Source of the DNA: Macrostomum lignano
Taxonomy: Eukaryota
Reading direction: 5' to 3'
DNA: 51,914 bases
Assembly (NCBI GenBank): GCA_002269645.1
Contig: NIVC01003508.1
Location: forward strand, 1-51,914
Position numbers and translations under genes: made by a program. The notes under the pieces are model-generated. The model had not been told where the DNA came from, did no database searches, and saw nothing but the letters and a program-made list of their open reading frames with translations. Within the stretch, counting starts at the first letter, position 1. The number at the start of each line of letters is the position of its first letter. Of this stretch, positions 1 through 12,612 are shown in pieces.

Positions 1-3000
1 CAAAATTGTGTTAATTTGCTTTAGAGTTTCTTTTACAGGTAAGTTGCATTTTTGGTCAAAAAGTAAGTTGCATGGCCAGTGTAAATCAGGGGGTTGCAGA
101 TGTATGGTATATGTAATGACTGTGCATTACTCCTAGGTTTATTAACTAATTGACTAACTTTAAGACTAAAATTTGCATGAATGTTCAATTACCTTATATG
201 CATTGTGCATTCAATTATGGTATCATTTGTTTTGATTATGTAGCACTGTTGTCAATGTGCACATGAGTATAAATATATTGAGCAAGACCCAAATGTCTCC
301 AACTGACTGAATTGAATTCAATTAAATAAAAACACAACAGTATACAAAAAGCATTGAATTATGTGACATCATTGCATAAATTCTGCTAAACAATCCTTTG
401 CTATAATAAAGTAAATATAAAAATTATGCAATAAATTAGGTTTTCAAATTATATACTAAATTTTTCAATTGTTGCTACTTGCTAGTAAATGATATACTTT
501 AATCAATAGATTTATTTTACTATTTAGTTTTACTAATTATTTTCATTTTAAATGAGGTTTCATTTTTTGCAGTTATTTGCTATATCTATTGCTAGTTGCA
601 TTATTTCTGTGCTTGTTAATCAGACAATTTTTATTGGCATACAATTTACTAAAACGCTTAATTGGTATACTTTACTGGCATACACTTTTCTAGATAGCAA
701 AATACTTTTTAGCATAAATTTAACACTATCCACATTATGGGTCAGTGTAAATTATAAGGTATATAACAAATGGTATGAAGAGGCACACATCTTTTGCCAC
801 TAGTAAACAAGCTTCTTTTTAGATGCAGGTTTTCATACTACTTGACAAACCTAGTTTTGTATGAATGAAAAGGAACTTTAATAATCTCTGAAAATGATCT
901 TAGAATCATAGAAAATGTAAATCTCTACTTCTCCCATTTTCTCTATTAGCATATTTTCTCTTCATGTCTATAATTTTCCTTTGTCTTTTTCTATTTCTCT
1001 CCAATCTCTTCTTTCTTCTCTTGCTTCTTTCTCTCTTTCTCACTTTCTCTAGCATTAATACCCAGCTTGTTAATAATACAAGAATACTCAGTATTTAGCA
1101 TTAATACTCAGCTTGGTTTATATTCAAGAACAGTTTTAAACTAAATTTGTTAATTTGATAGTGTAATTGTTCAAATTGCTCTTTCTTTAGAGTTTATATG
1201 TTTACTAGGTACGTCCAGAAGGATATTTAATTAATGTGTAAAACATTTGAAAGTCTAGAGTCATTAGAAAGTAGAAAACCATCTTTCATTTTAGTATTAA
1301 ATTTTGTATATAACAGAGTGTATACCTCAGAGGATCCATAACAATACTAACTACTAACTACTTGCAGTAAGAACGCAAGTGCACATAGCAGTTGAATTAC
1401 ACGGGCTATAAAATCTGTTCAGCTTCCCGATAGACCGTTGCCTGCTTTAGTTTAGACGCGAGAAAGCCGCGCCTTGTCATTTTCAATGGATAAAGTGCTT
1501 GTAAAAGTGTAACCAATCCACGCTTTTGACTGGGGCTACAACGCAGAAGGGAAGCCACTTTGCCACTATAGTTCAGGCCTATTTGCTCAGGCAGAGGATG
1601 CGGAAGGAACTGTTCTCTTTCTTCCGCTGTGAGAACCCTTAGCTGGCAGTTCTCTCTATTTTAGTACCTGAGTTCTGTCTGGCTGCCAGGTACTTAAAAA
1701 CTGTGTCGCCACATGACGCTGCATAGTCCCCTCGGCCAGGGACATGCTTTTTCTCCCCTAGCTGCTCTAGCCCTCAACTCCCCCCCCATTATTCTCTTTT
1801 TTCCAGCCTCACAGCTGCATCCATTATCGCTGCTGGGAGGGAAGGCTGGGACTCTGGCATTAATCTGCTGCTCTGTCCCAAACTCCCGGCTCCATTCTTC
1901 TCGGACTCAGAATAGCCGCCTCAAGCCCCCCAGAGCGTCAGCAGCCAGCGGCCATGCTCTGCAATTTGCTATCGGCCGGCCAGCCAATGTCTGCGGAGGC
2001 TTCGGCCCCCGCCGTTCGCCGCACTACAAAATGCTTCTACCGCCAGCCCAGCCTCCTAATTCACCGCCTCCTTCATCTTGACTATTCCAACCGGCTGCAG
2101 CTGTTCAAGTTTCCCAGTTCAACTCAGCCTGACTGTCTAATTGTCTGTCTCCAATGCGCCTGTCCCGAGTTGGCACCTGTCAGCAGCAGCAGCGAATTCC
2201 CATTGTTTGCGGCTAGGGAATTCAAATAGCAGGTGAGTATCGCCATAAATATTTAGTTATTTAGTCACAGTTGTACTCAGACTCATCTTTCAGCTAGCCT
2301 GCTGACAATTGTCCGTTAGCAATGCTTACGGCAGTGCCAGTCTCCATGCGGCTTCCTTAGAATCCTAAAAAAGTTTATCCCATCTAGGGAAATCTTCCAT
2401 CCAGCTGTCTCTGTGTGTGCGCGCGCGCAGTTTATTTTTCTACAGCTTTCAAATGCCAAGCCTCTTAGCGGGATGGGGATTCCGACTTGCATTTTTTGGA
2501 CTTTTTATTTGCCGCTCCCCCCCCCCACACCCACCGTCTATCGTGGCCGCAGATCTCGGCTGCGGCGATTGAAGGCTTGAAACTTTGACCGCTGTTGGCG
2601 GATATTTGTTGTCATTATTCCTGTGGCCCGCTGGAATAAATTCTTCAAGCAGTGGGAAGGGGAGATACGGAGGAGGGAATTCGGAGAATTCGCTGCGGCC
2701 CCGGCCCGGCTCTCTCATTAAAGGTGCGCAGCAAGCCAGGCGGGCCCTGATTGTTGATTAGGGAGGCCCCGGCTCTGGGGGCTTCGGTTGGAATCGCATT
2801 ATTGGAGCCCAGTCCAGCCCGCTGCCTCTCCGGCCTTCTTAGCCGTTCAATTGGATTCATCAGGCCGGCCTGTCCTGATCTCATCGCGTGAGGCAGCGCG
2901 GATGAGGCAGCCCGATGATGATGTTGCTTTTAAGATGCAGCGGGGTTTGCAGTCACACTTGAGCTGCGCTATCGAGAGTGAGTCAGCCAAATCAGCCAAG

Positions 3001-6000
3001 TCATTCCTTGTTAGTTCCCAATTTGAGTTCAGCAAAACACGCATCAGTCATTCCCGAGCTCAAGCCGTCCTTGTAAACAAAAACAGGAGATTTTCTCGGC
3101 TTTTTTTATTGCGTGACGTCATTTCAGGTGAAGTGTTGATGATGATGGGGCCGGGATGCTCAGCTTCTCAGCTGGTACGAGTATGGGGATCCGCTGCTCA
3201 TCTCATCAACTTTCCATTCCGGGAGTTGGGGGGGGGCAAGCGACCGCTTGATGCCGCTGCCCGATCCGCTTGCAATCAATGAATGCGGGGAGCTGCCGCT
3301 TGTCCTCATCGGTAATCGGAGAGCCCGGCCCCGGGTCTGCATATTTCAAGAGATTCCATTCTGTTGCTAAGTGCCCCTCCTGGCCAGCCTCGCCTCCTGT
3401 TACTCGGCTGCTCTCAACGCACACTCTAAGAAGCTACCTGCGTCTTGGCGCTGGATGTATAACTGAGCTGAGATGAACTGGCCTAGAAGCTCTCGTCTTC
3501 TCTCCTAGCTGGCCAATCGATGACCATCGAGGTCCTGATGCTTCTGCCGAGCTGTAGGTGCCGCTTCGGGGATCTGCACTCGTATAGACCAGATTCCCCC
3601 GAGCTGGTTCGGTGCTCCGTCAGAGCAGAAGTCTGGCCGCTGCCTGCTGCGCTTTTAATTGAAAGCACCCGACCTTGGCTTGCTTATCGATCGAGGCTGT
3701 TCTCGGAGCCTGTTCTCCTCTGACCGGCTGGGGAGTTCCTCAGCGCTGTTTTGCTACTTTTTATTTATTTTGACTCCCATAGTGCGCTGGATCGGATACT
3801 GTAATGCCCTGTCACGCTGTCTGTTTACAGGCACAACGGTTGGCTTGTCGCAGAATCGAAGGTGACACAGCAGGCCCCGTCCCTAATTTATTCATCGGCT
3901 CCGCTAGTTGGCTGTTGCTGTGCAGTTTCGCTGCCAGACGAGAAACGAGGCTTGAAGGAAATGAAGACGAAGCATCGGGGAGGGGGAGATGAGGAAGGGC
4001 GGGCGAGTTCGAGGAGGGGAGATTCGCTTCAGCCGATCTAGTTCATCATCTTGTCTTGTATGTCAGGAAATTTTATGAAGGTTGAAGATGTTTTAGCCAT
4101 GGGAATTCACTTTCCTGGCTTAGGCCGGGCCCCGCCTCCTCCCTGGCTGTTTTACTCGGCCGGGACCAAACCTCAGGAAGGAAAGAATTTTTAATCATTT
4201 CCAAGTAGCTTCCACTTTCCCTTTTGCCTGGCTTCGCTCCGTGTATATATTGTGTGCGCAGGGCCTCGGGGCCGGGATGGCGAGGATGGCCCTCCTTCTC
4301 TCTTCTCTAACTCTCTTTTTTCTCTTCACTCGTTTCTCATTCCTGTGTGATAGAAGGATGCGGCTGAGACGGGCGGAGGATTCCAGGATGAGCGGCGGCA
4401 ATGCAACTTTGCTACGCGTCCTGTTGGACTGGGACGCCGCCTCCCCCCATTTTCTAACTTTTCGCACTACGGCGGGCGCCATTGCCTTGGCTTATTAGCA
4501 AATCCCCTGCCTGTCTGGGCGATCTTGTTTCAGCCAGTAGTTCGCTTCTTTTCCTCTCCCCTTGCTTCGTCACTATCTCTCTCTCTCTTGAGTCCTCGGC
4601 CACCAGCGCCTGGTCACTCGGTCTTATCGCTGCTGCCCATCTCATCCCTATGCTTGCTCGGACTTGGGAGCGCACTGTTACTTTTACTGCCTGCTGCGGC
4701 CCGCTTCCCAGCCTCCTTTGCTCCATCTGCCATCCCGGGCTCCTTATTCCCATCAGCTTTCGAGTCATTAACTTGCTAGCAGTTGGCTGTTGTTGAGCTC
4801 ATTCTCTATACTGCCCTGGTGCTCAGTCACTCTCTTAATCCTAACCCAGTGCTTCTGAGCTGAGTGACCTCTGGCATGTGTCTGTGCGACTGTTGCAACT
4901 GTAATCACTTTTCACTTTATAGAGGCTGCTACAAAGTGGCAAATGCCAAAAATCATTTGCCCTGTTAACTGCAGCCATCTCGTGTCCTGCAGCTGCAGCT
5001 GGGACTGCTCCGCTCCCCCCACCCACCCCCAGCGGAAACCAATTTCTACCCCGGAAGCTGTCAATCAAGGCCAATGCTGATTGCAGATCCGCAGCCGGCT
5101 CTGCCCGGACTATCCAGTTTTTTGGGTTTTTTATGAAGCATCAGCCGTGCTATTCAATATTGACATCAAAATTTGGCTGCTATTTCGGTCACACAGCCTC
5201 GCCCCCTGACTACTTAGTGTCTTATAAGTGTCACTGTTTTGTTTAGCGGTAAAAGTGCACGATTGTTTTCCCTAGAGAAGCCCCCCCCCCTATCTGTTCG
5301 GCTTCACCGTGTACGTATCCCACGACTGGGCCTGGCCTGCGGCCTGTGGGATTCGCGGCTTGCCCCGATCCCTGCAGATTAACTAATTGTACCGGACAGA
5401 CTGGCCGACTGCCTGAAAATCAGTGAAGAAGAATTGGTCCAGAGCCTTGTGAAAAGGAAAATTTCCCGATGGGTTTCTTTCCCCTTCCCTGCCGCGACAG
5501 AATATCCTTGTCACGCGTACAGCCTCTGTTGTTATCCCATTGCTGGCGATTCGCTAGCTCTGAGGATTAGTAAACAGTGGGCTCGAATTTCTTAGCATAA
5601 CTGTTTGTCCCTCGGAGACCAGTGTGTTTACTAGCCGCTGGGTCACCTGTCCGCACCTGGGCTGCGATTTCAACCAGATTTATTTATCTGCCTGTGCCCT
5701 TCGATACTACTCAGTTCGGGACACTGCGCCAGCAGCCGCTTGTTCAACAGTCTGCTATTCTCTCGAGGGTTGGGGGGTATGCTGTGCTCTTAGACTATTT
5801 ACATGCTTCGAAGCCCCCTGGATTCCAATGCCTCTCTGTCTGACCTGTGGCTGGCTGGAGATCAAGTGCCGAATCAGTGGAGCTGCGCAGTTCAGGCGCG
5901 CCTCTCCGCCTCTATGGCTTTGGAAAGCCAATAAAGCGCTCCTTATGAGCCACTTCCTTCCTCTTCAGACGCCGCCGCCGTCACATGTCCCCATGCTGCC

Positions 6001-6221
6001 CTACCCGAGCTTCCTCGTCCCTCCAGCTTCCTGTCCTTAGTTGATGTCGCCTGCGTTCGTCGGGGGCAAGAAATAATTCTAATGGCTCGGATATGGGCTT
6101 GGCTTTTTAAGGGGAAATTTTCCCCATTAACGGTAGAGGCGGGCTGAGGGCCAGGTGAAGTTTACCTGATTTGCACCTGACTGACCGGATCCGCGATGCT
6201 CTCCGCCGCCTGCTATTCCAG

Positions 6222-8495
6222 GATGACCGACTACGATATCGTCAGCGAAAACGCGCGGACTCCAGCCGGTTCCCCGTGCACTCAGAGGAGGCGTTCCAGC
6301 GGGGCATCCAGTACAAGGCCAAGTTCATCGGCAGCCTGGACGTGCCGCGGCCGCAGAGTCGCGTGGAGATTGTTGCCGCCATGCGGCGAATCCGCTTCGA
6401 GTTCAAGGCTAAGGCTATCAAGAAGCGCAAGGTCACCATATCTATCTCCGTTGACGGGGTCAGCGTCATCTGCCGGCGCGCCCGCAGGCGAGCCCTGTGG
6501 CTGGACTCGACCTCGCAGCTGCTCATGCACCACCCCATCTACAGAATATTCTACGTGTCGCACGACTCGCAGGACCTGAAGATATTCAGCTACATAGCCA
6601 GGGACAGCCAGAGGAACGCATTCAAGTGCAGCGTGTTCAAGGCCTACAAGAAGGCTCAGGCCATGCGCATCGTGCGCACCATAGGCCAGGCATTCGAGGT
6701 CTGCCACCAGCTGTCCCTGGGCTCCAAGGAGGGCCGCAGCGCCGCCGCCTCCAATGCCACCACCAGCCCCGTGCAGTCGCCCGGCGAGTCGGCACCAGCC
6801 AAGGTCAAATCGGGTCAGGGCGGTTCGGCCGGCACCGCTGAGTCATCTTCGCCGGCCAAGTCTGCCGCCGCCGCCGCTGCCGAAACCCCCGCTGCAGCAG
6901 ACAAGAAATCGGCGGCGGACAAGACGACACCGCCTCTCATTAAGGAGGCCGCCGGCTGCGAGGTCAAAAAGCCGCCACTGACGGCGCAATCCTCCGCTGC
7001 GACGCCTCTGCCGCCGCCTCCGTCGCTTCAGCTAAGCTCGTCCACCTCCGAGCCGGTGGGCGTTGGCCGGCCCCGTCACACGGTCGGCACCATCACCTCG
7101 CCGCTGGCGCCGCTGCCACCCAGCTGGGACAGCATCAATCTGGATGCCGACGGCCTTGGCGGCATGGTGGCATCGGGCAGCGATCCGGAGGGCGGGCCGC
7201 TGTGGCTGCGGCACCGCCAGCAGCTGATCAGGCAGCGGCTGGAGCAGCAGTCGCAGCAGGCCCAGGTGGCCATGGCGCAGGCCCGGCTGCTCAGGGACCA
7301 GCTGGCCGCCGAGGCTGCTGCCAGGGTTGAAGCTCAGGCCAGAGCTCACCAGCTGCTCGTGCAGAATAGGGACCTGCTGGATCATCTCAACCAGCTGGTG
7401 CACCGCCTGCGTTTGCTGGAGCTCCGGTATCATCAGCGGCCTCCAGAGCTGGACGCCAGATTAGCATCTTCATCGTCTGCAGCTTCGACACTGACAAAGG
7501 CACCGTCCGGAGTGTCCGGCCTGCCGGACAAGAGCACCCCGCTCTGTCCGCCAGTTGCACCGCTGGATTTGCCGGAGCTCAAGGCGGCCGAGGACTGCGG
7601 GCTGACGCCGCTGGGCGAGGCGGCTCCAGTTCTGTTTGACAGCCTCCTTATGATCTCCGCGGCCTCCACCGCTGCTGCAGTTGCCGCCGCCGCCTCCGCA
7701 TCTGCAGTTACCACCGCCGCTACCGTCACAGTGGCTGGGGCGCCGGCTTCAGCGGCGTCCCCCGGCGCGCAGAGCGGCTCTCCGGACTCCGGGCACAAGG
7801 AGATGAGCGCCGACAGCCTGTCGCAGGCGCTCACCTTCTTAGACGCTTATCCGGGCGGCCAGGCCTTCCGCCTGTCTCACCATCACCATCAGCAGCACCA
7901 CCAGCACCTGCGGCACCGGCTCAGCCAGCAGCACGGCGGCCAGGACGGCGTTCGCCGATCAACTCAAGTGCCGACTTCGCTGAGCTGCGGCGCTGCTGGG
8001 GTAGTCGGAGCCGTCCCCAACGGCGGCGCCTCGGTTCACGGGGCTGCCAATGGCAGTTGCGACAGCGGCGGCGGCCAGTCGGTTGCCAAGGAGACGCCGG
8101 TGTCGCTGCCGTCCGGCCAGGGCTTCGCGCCCTCCCTGTCCTGGCCGGTGTCGTTCGCCGACTCGCCGAAGCTGGCGCCAAAATGCAGCGTAGTCGCCGC
8201 GGTGTCAGCAGCAGCCTCGTCTGCTTTCCGCCCATCAACAGCTTCGTCGACGTCGGCGTCGGCCTCCTCGTCGTCCTACGCTCTGTCGGCCGTCAGAGTC
8301 AAGCCGGCGGCGTCAGGCGGAGACAGCCAGCAGCAGCCGCTGAAGCCGCCGCAGGCAGCTGTGGAGCACGCCAAGTCCAAGTCGCTCTGCTCCGCCCCGG
8401 CCTCGCTGTCGCCAGCGCATCTCAACTACTCGTTCGAGTGGCACGGCGAAGTGGCTCTGGCCGCCATGGACGAGGGTCTGGACGAGGACTGCTGA
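6222..8495 (+). CDS. NOS1AP: NOS1AP/CAPON (DYC-1)-like PTB/PID-domain adaptor protein; one long coding exon, translation start unresolved
   Basis: The 774-aa ORF contains AKFIGSLDVPRPQSRVEIVAAMRRIRFEFKAKAIKKRKV, HPIYRIFYVSHDSQDLKIFSYIARD and QAMRIVRTIGQAFEVCH, nearly identical to the NOS1AP PTB domain as recalled. It also has the NOS1AP coiled coil QVAMAQARLLRDQLAAEAAARVEAQARAHQLLVQNRDLL and an acidic tail DEGLDEDC*. A splice acceptor ctattccag ends at 6221. The first in-frame ATG (6381) lies inside the PTB domain. Confidence 0.93.
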   Translation, partial: DDRLRYRQRKRADSSRFPVHSEEAFQRGIQYKAKFIGSLDVPRPQSRVEIVAAMRRIRFEFKAKAIKKRKVTISISVDGVSVICRRARRRALWLDSTSQLLMHHPIYRIFYVSHDSQDLKIFSYIARDSQRNAFKCSVFKAYKKAQAMRIVRTIGQAFEVCHQLSLGSKEGRSAAASNATTSPVQSPGESAPAKVKSGQGGSAGTAESSSPAKSAAAAAAETPAAADKKSAADKTTPPLIKEAAGCEVKKPPLTAQSSAATPLPPPPSLQLSSSTSEPVGVGRPRHTVGTITSPLAPLPPSWDSINLDADGLGGMVASGSDPEGGPLWLRHRQQLIRQRLEQQSQQAQVAMAQARLLRDQLAAEAAARVEAQARAHQLLVQNRDLLDHLNQLVHRLRLLELRYHQRPPELDARLASSSSAASTLTKAPSGVSGLPDKSTPLCPPVAPLDLPELKAAEDCGLTPLGEAAPVLFDSLLMISAASTAAAVAAAASASAVTTAATVTVAGAPASAASPGAQSGSPDSGHKEMSADSLSQALTFLDAYPGGQAFRLSHHHHQQHHQHLRHRLSQQHGGQDGVRRSTQVPTSLSCGAAGVVGAVPNGGASVHGAANGSCDSGGGQSVAKETPVSLPSGQGFAPSLSWPVSFADSPKLAPKCSVVAAVSAAASSAFRPSTASSTSASASSSSYALSAVRVKPAASGGDSQQQPLKPPQAAVEHAKSKSLCSAPASLSPAHLNYSFEWHGEVALAAMDEGLDEDC

Positions 8496-9204
8496 GCCGG
8501 AATAGAATCGGCTGGGGCTGTCACGTGACTTGGGATTTGCGCAACTTTCTACCTCTGAGCATGCTGTTAGAGTAATCGCATATTAACACATTTATACTCA
8601 TTGGACCCACTCTATAACTTAAAGATACCATCTGTTACTTGCGGACCATCGCTGCTGCTCTGAAAAATGCTCTGTCACCGACTGCTGACTTCTGCCTGAC
8701 CCCTTGTGTGATTTCTTGCATAACTGTGCGCAATGTACAATGCTTATAGTTACATTGTAATTGAATTTTGCCTATTTTATGAATTGAGTGGCGTCCCATT
8801 ATTTTTTATCCCTCATTAATAGCATTATAAAACCGTTGGTTTCTCCGCTCTGCTAAGCTGGACTCGCTGGCGGCGCGTGGTAATTCATTCGCACCTTTTC
8901 CCTAATCCGATAGATCGATTGTATTATAGTCTCAGGCCTGCCGGCATAGGGACACTTATTATTATCTTTCCGGATAATCTCTGTCGTTAGGAGTTCTCCG
9001 ATAATCTAATTGTTGTCAAGCAAGAAACTCTTTAGAAGAAGCTTCCCAGTGTAAAACCCAATTTACTTTGCTGCTGCAACTGCTGTATTCATTTAATTCG
9101 TGTTTTCATCTGCCTCGTTGCACCAATCTCGCCTCCTTCGTACATCGGGCTAATTTTGATGTAGACGGATTGCAGAACGATGGGATTATGGTATAAAATC
9201 TGCT

Positions 9205-10508
9205 ACAGAAAATCTCCCCTTAAGCCACAGAAAATCTCCCCTTAAACCACAGAGAATCTCCCATTAAGCCACAGAGAATCTCCCCTTAAACCACAGAGAA
9301 TCTCCCATTAAGCCTCAGAGAATCTCCCCTTAAACCACAGAGAATCTCCCATTAAGCCTCAGAGAATCTCCCCTTAAACCACAGAGAATCTCCCATTAAG
9401 CCACAGAGAATCTCCCCTTAAGCCTAAGCCACAGAGAATCGCCCCCTTAAGCTACAGAGAATCTCCCAGTAAGCCACGGAGAATCTCCCATTAAATCACA
9501 GAGAATCTCCCATTAAGCCTCAGAGAATCTCCCATTAAGCCACAGATAATCTCCCATTAAGCCTCAGAGAATCTCCCATTAAGCCACAGAGAATCTCCCA
9601 TTAAGCCACAGAGAATCTCCCATTAAGCCACAGAGAATCTCCCATTAAGCCACAGAGAATCTCCCCTTAAGCCTGAGCCACAGAGAATCGCCCCCTTAAG
9701 CTACAGAGAATCTCCCATTAAGCCACAGAGAATCGCCCCTTAAGCCACAGAGAATCTCCCCTTAAGCCACAGAGAATCGCCCCCTTAAGCTACAGAGAAT
9801 CTCCCATTAAGCCACAGAGAATCGCCCCTTAAGCCACAGAGAATCTCCCCTTAAGCCACAGAGAATCGCCCCATTAGGCAACAGAGAATCTCCCATTAAG
9901 CCTCAGAGAATCTCCCCTTAAGCCACAGAGAATCTCCCCTTAAGCCTAAGCCACAGAGAATCGCCCCCTTAAGCTACAGAGAATCTCCCAGTAAGCCACG
10001 GAGAATCTCCCATTAAATCACAGAGAATCTCCCATTAAGCCTCAGAGAATCTCCCATTAAGCCACAGAGAATCTCCCCTTAAGCCACAGAGAATCTCCCC
10101 TTAAGCCACAGAGAATCTCCCATTAAGCCACAGAGAATCTCCCCTTAAGCCACAGAGAATCTCCCCTTAAGCCTGAGCCACAGAGAATCGCCCCCTTAAG
10201 CTACAGAGAATCTCCCATTAAGCCACAGAGAATCTCCCATTAAGCCACAGAGAATCTCCCCTTAAGCCACAGAGAATCTCCCCTTAAGCCACAGAGAATC
10301 TCCCATTAAGCCACAGAGAATCTCCCCTTAAGCCTGAGCCACAGAGAATCGCCCCCTTAAGCTACAGAGAATCTCCCATTAAGCCACAGAGAATCGCCCC
10401 ATTAGGCAACAGAGAATCTCCCATTAAGCCACAGAGAATCGCCCCCTTAAGCCACAGAGAATCTCCCAGTAAGCCACGGAGAATCTCCCAGTAAGCCACG
10501 GAGAATCT
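9205..10508. repeat. 22-bp minisatellite, consensus AGAGAATCTCCC(A/C)TTAAGCCAC, ~59 copies
   Basis: Periodicity read directly (TTAAGCC at 9601 and 9623). Occasional 6-nt GCCTRA insertions and CGCCC variants recur in blocks. Confidence 0.97.
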
Positions 10509-12612
10509 ATTATAGGCTAAACAGACAGTTCAATTATCTTTCGCAAAGAAGACTCACAGGCCACCCCTTCCACTGTACATACATTGCTCATGTACATGCC
10601 CTCTGCTCTCATTGAGTGTGCAGATGTCCATTTTATATTTTCTAGCTACCAGTTTGTTGTGCATCGGTAATTTACACAGACTAACCCTGGCTTCCCTGAG
10701 CCCCTTTGTTGCAAGTTGCTTATTGTGTAAACTGCTGTCAGGTGAGGGAGATTGTGCTTCTCTGGCCGGTTGTCGCAGAGCCCCGCAGTTTATCGTGTCG
10801 GGACGCGATAATAAATGAAGCAGCTGTACTGAGCACACGAGCAGGCCGCACTGGGCCTAAACCCAGGCCCCTATTGCTCATGCTCTTATTGTTTGAAGTG
10901 TTTTCTCTCACCTTGCTTCTTTTTTCACACCGACTTTATAGCTGTGTAAAGTTAAGCCTGCTGTATGGGCTGCTGTGAGCTGAGCTTGGCGAGAATTTGA
11001 GCCTCTAACCTCTTCATCAGTTGAGTATTATAGACTGTCCATTGCCGCTGTCCAACACTCCAACACTGTGATCAAACACTGCATCCTATCTCTGTGTGAG
11101 CGTGATGAGTTTTCTAAACTGGCCTGAGCTGTTTAATCTTTCATCCTCATTAGTTATGCCCTCGCCTGCCTACCCCCGGGGTCATTTTATTTAGTTTAGC
11201 GCTGCTGATCATGCCACAGGGTTGCCGGCTCTGGCATGGGTGGCCCGCTACCAAACTTAATGTATGCTAATTAAGTTGCTTGAGTCTTCGTCATATTGAT
11301 TAATCCTCTCTATCCCCTATCCGTTTGTATCGGTTCCCCGTCCGCCCGGCATGAATTCATCCCACCGCCATGGGGACTTTTGTCTTTGGCAATTCCGCTG
11401 CTTCTTTTCCTACTAAAGGGAAGAGATTAGAGATAGGGGAGAATTCTCCCCGCTGTCTTTCTGTGTGCCAGTCAGTCAACCAGCGGGGGGGGGCTGTCGG
11501 GGTTCCCGTGCTGCTATGGGGATTCCGCCTGCTGAGCAGAGGGGGTGGGCGAACGCAGCCTCTTAATCCCCTCAGAGCGCCCACTCAATCGCCCTTTCCC
11601 TGCCTCCCACTTTGCCTTCTCCACCTCTTCTTTTCTCTTTCACTCTCACTCAGCTTGTCCCAGTTGAGAGGCTCAAGCGGGCTGGGGAGTAAAATCCCCC
11701 CCCCCCCAATTGCTGATTAACCGCCAGTCAGTCGGGAAGCTGGGACGCGCGGGCTTCATCGCTTTGCTACTGCTGCCTCTTCTCTCGACCTGGGCGCCTG
11801 CCTATTCGAATGGCAAAGTCTCTCTCAGCTGGAAAAGTTTAGCGCACCCCTGCCTGCCTATCCCATTTTCTCCCCCGGTCTCATTTCGTCAGCTCCGGGG
11901 GCCGCCGCCTCTCCGGTCTTTCCTCCATCGCAAAGTGTAAAATTAGTTGAGCAACCGCCGCTGCCCGGGCGCCCTCATGCGCCGCGTAATTCGATAAAAT
12001 GAAGGAAAAAGTGGCGGCCCGGACAGGAGGGCGGAGTGGACACCGCTGGGGGGGAGAGTCTTCTGGGAGCCCCGGTAGTCATGAAAATGATGGCGGCGGG
12101 CCAGAGAGGAGCGCCGGAATATCTAATCGGGAAAAATTGAGGCCCGGGCCTCCCCTGCGGCGCCGCCTCGCCGACTTTCGTCTGCTGGTCGGAGATGCCC
12201 GGGAGCCAGCGGGGGGGGGGCGGCGCCGGTCGCAAATCGCATTTCGCTGCGTCTTCGAAGTGAATTTTTGTGCGAGCCGCCGCTCTTCTGCGTCCCACTT
12301 TCCATTAACTGCCCATTATCAGCATGGGGCAAGACAGGATATGATGCGAAAGTTTTTCCTACTGCAGCCCTAACCTGGACTCTTGCCCCAAGGCGGAGGA
12401 CTCTTGTATGTCTAAATAATTAGGAAATTTAACACCGCACCATGATGCACTCTCTTTTAGTGATCTTTACAATTTCCTCTGTAACAGTTTTTCCTACAGA
12501 GTCTTTTATTGTAGAGAATTCCCTATGAAAATCCCCGCAGCAGTCTTTATGCTAGGATGTGATTCCCCCAGACAGTTCCCCGGTATTTATGCCAGGTGAA
12601 AATTATCCCAGA

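Noticed and set aside
552-803. 83-aa hydrophobic ORF in AT-rich DNA
   Set aside because: Low-complexity AT-rich context, codon usage unlike the real genes, no recognisable motif.
1713-6040. Numerous short ORFs upstream of NOS1AP
   Set aside because: No homology or consistent splice pattern recognised; probably promoter, 5' UTR or intron sequence. Only the donor at 2233 is noted.
6242-8575. Antisense and alternative-frame ORFs over NOS1AP (and similar ones over mL38, eIF3j and Tim13)
   Set aside because: Shadow ORFs caused by GC-rich codon usage of the real CDS.
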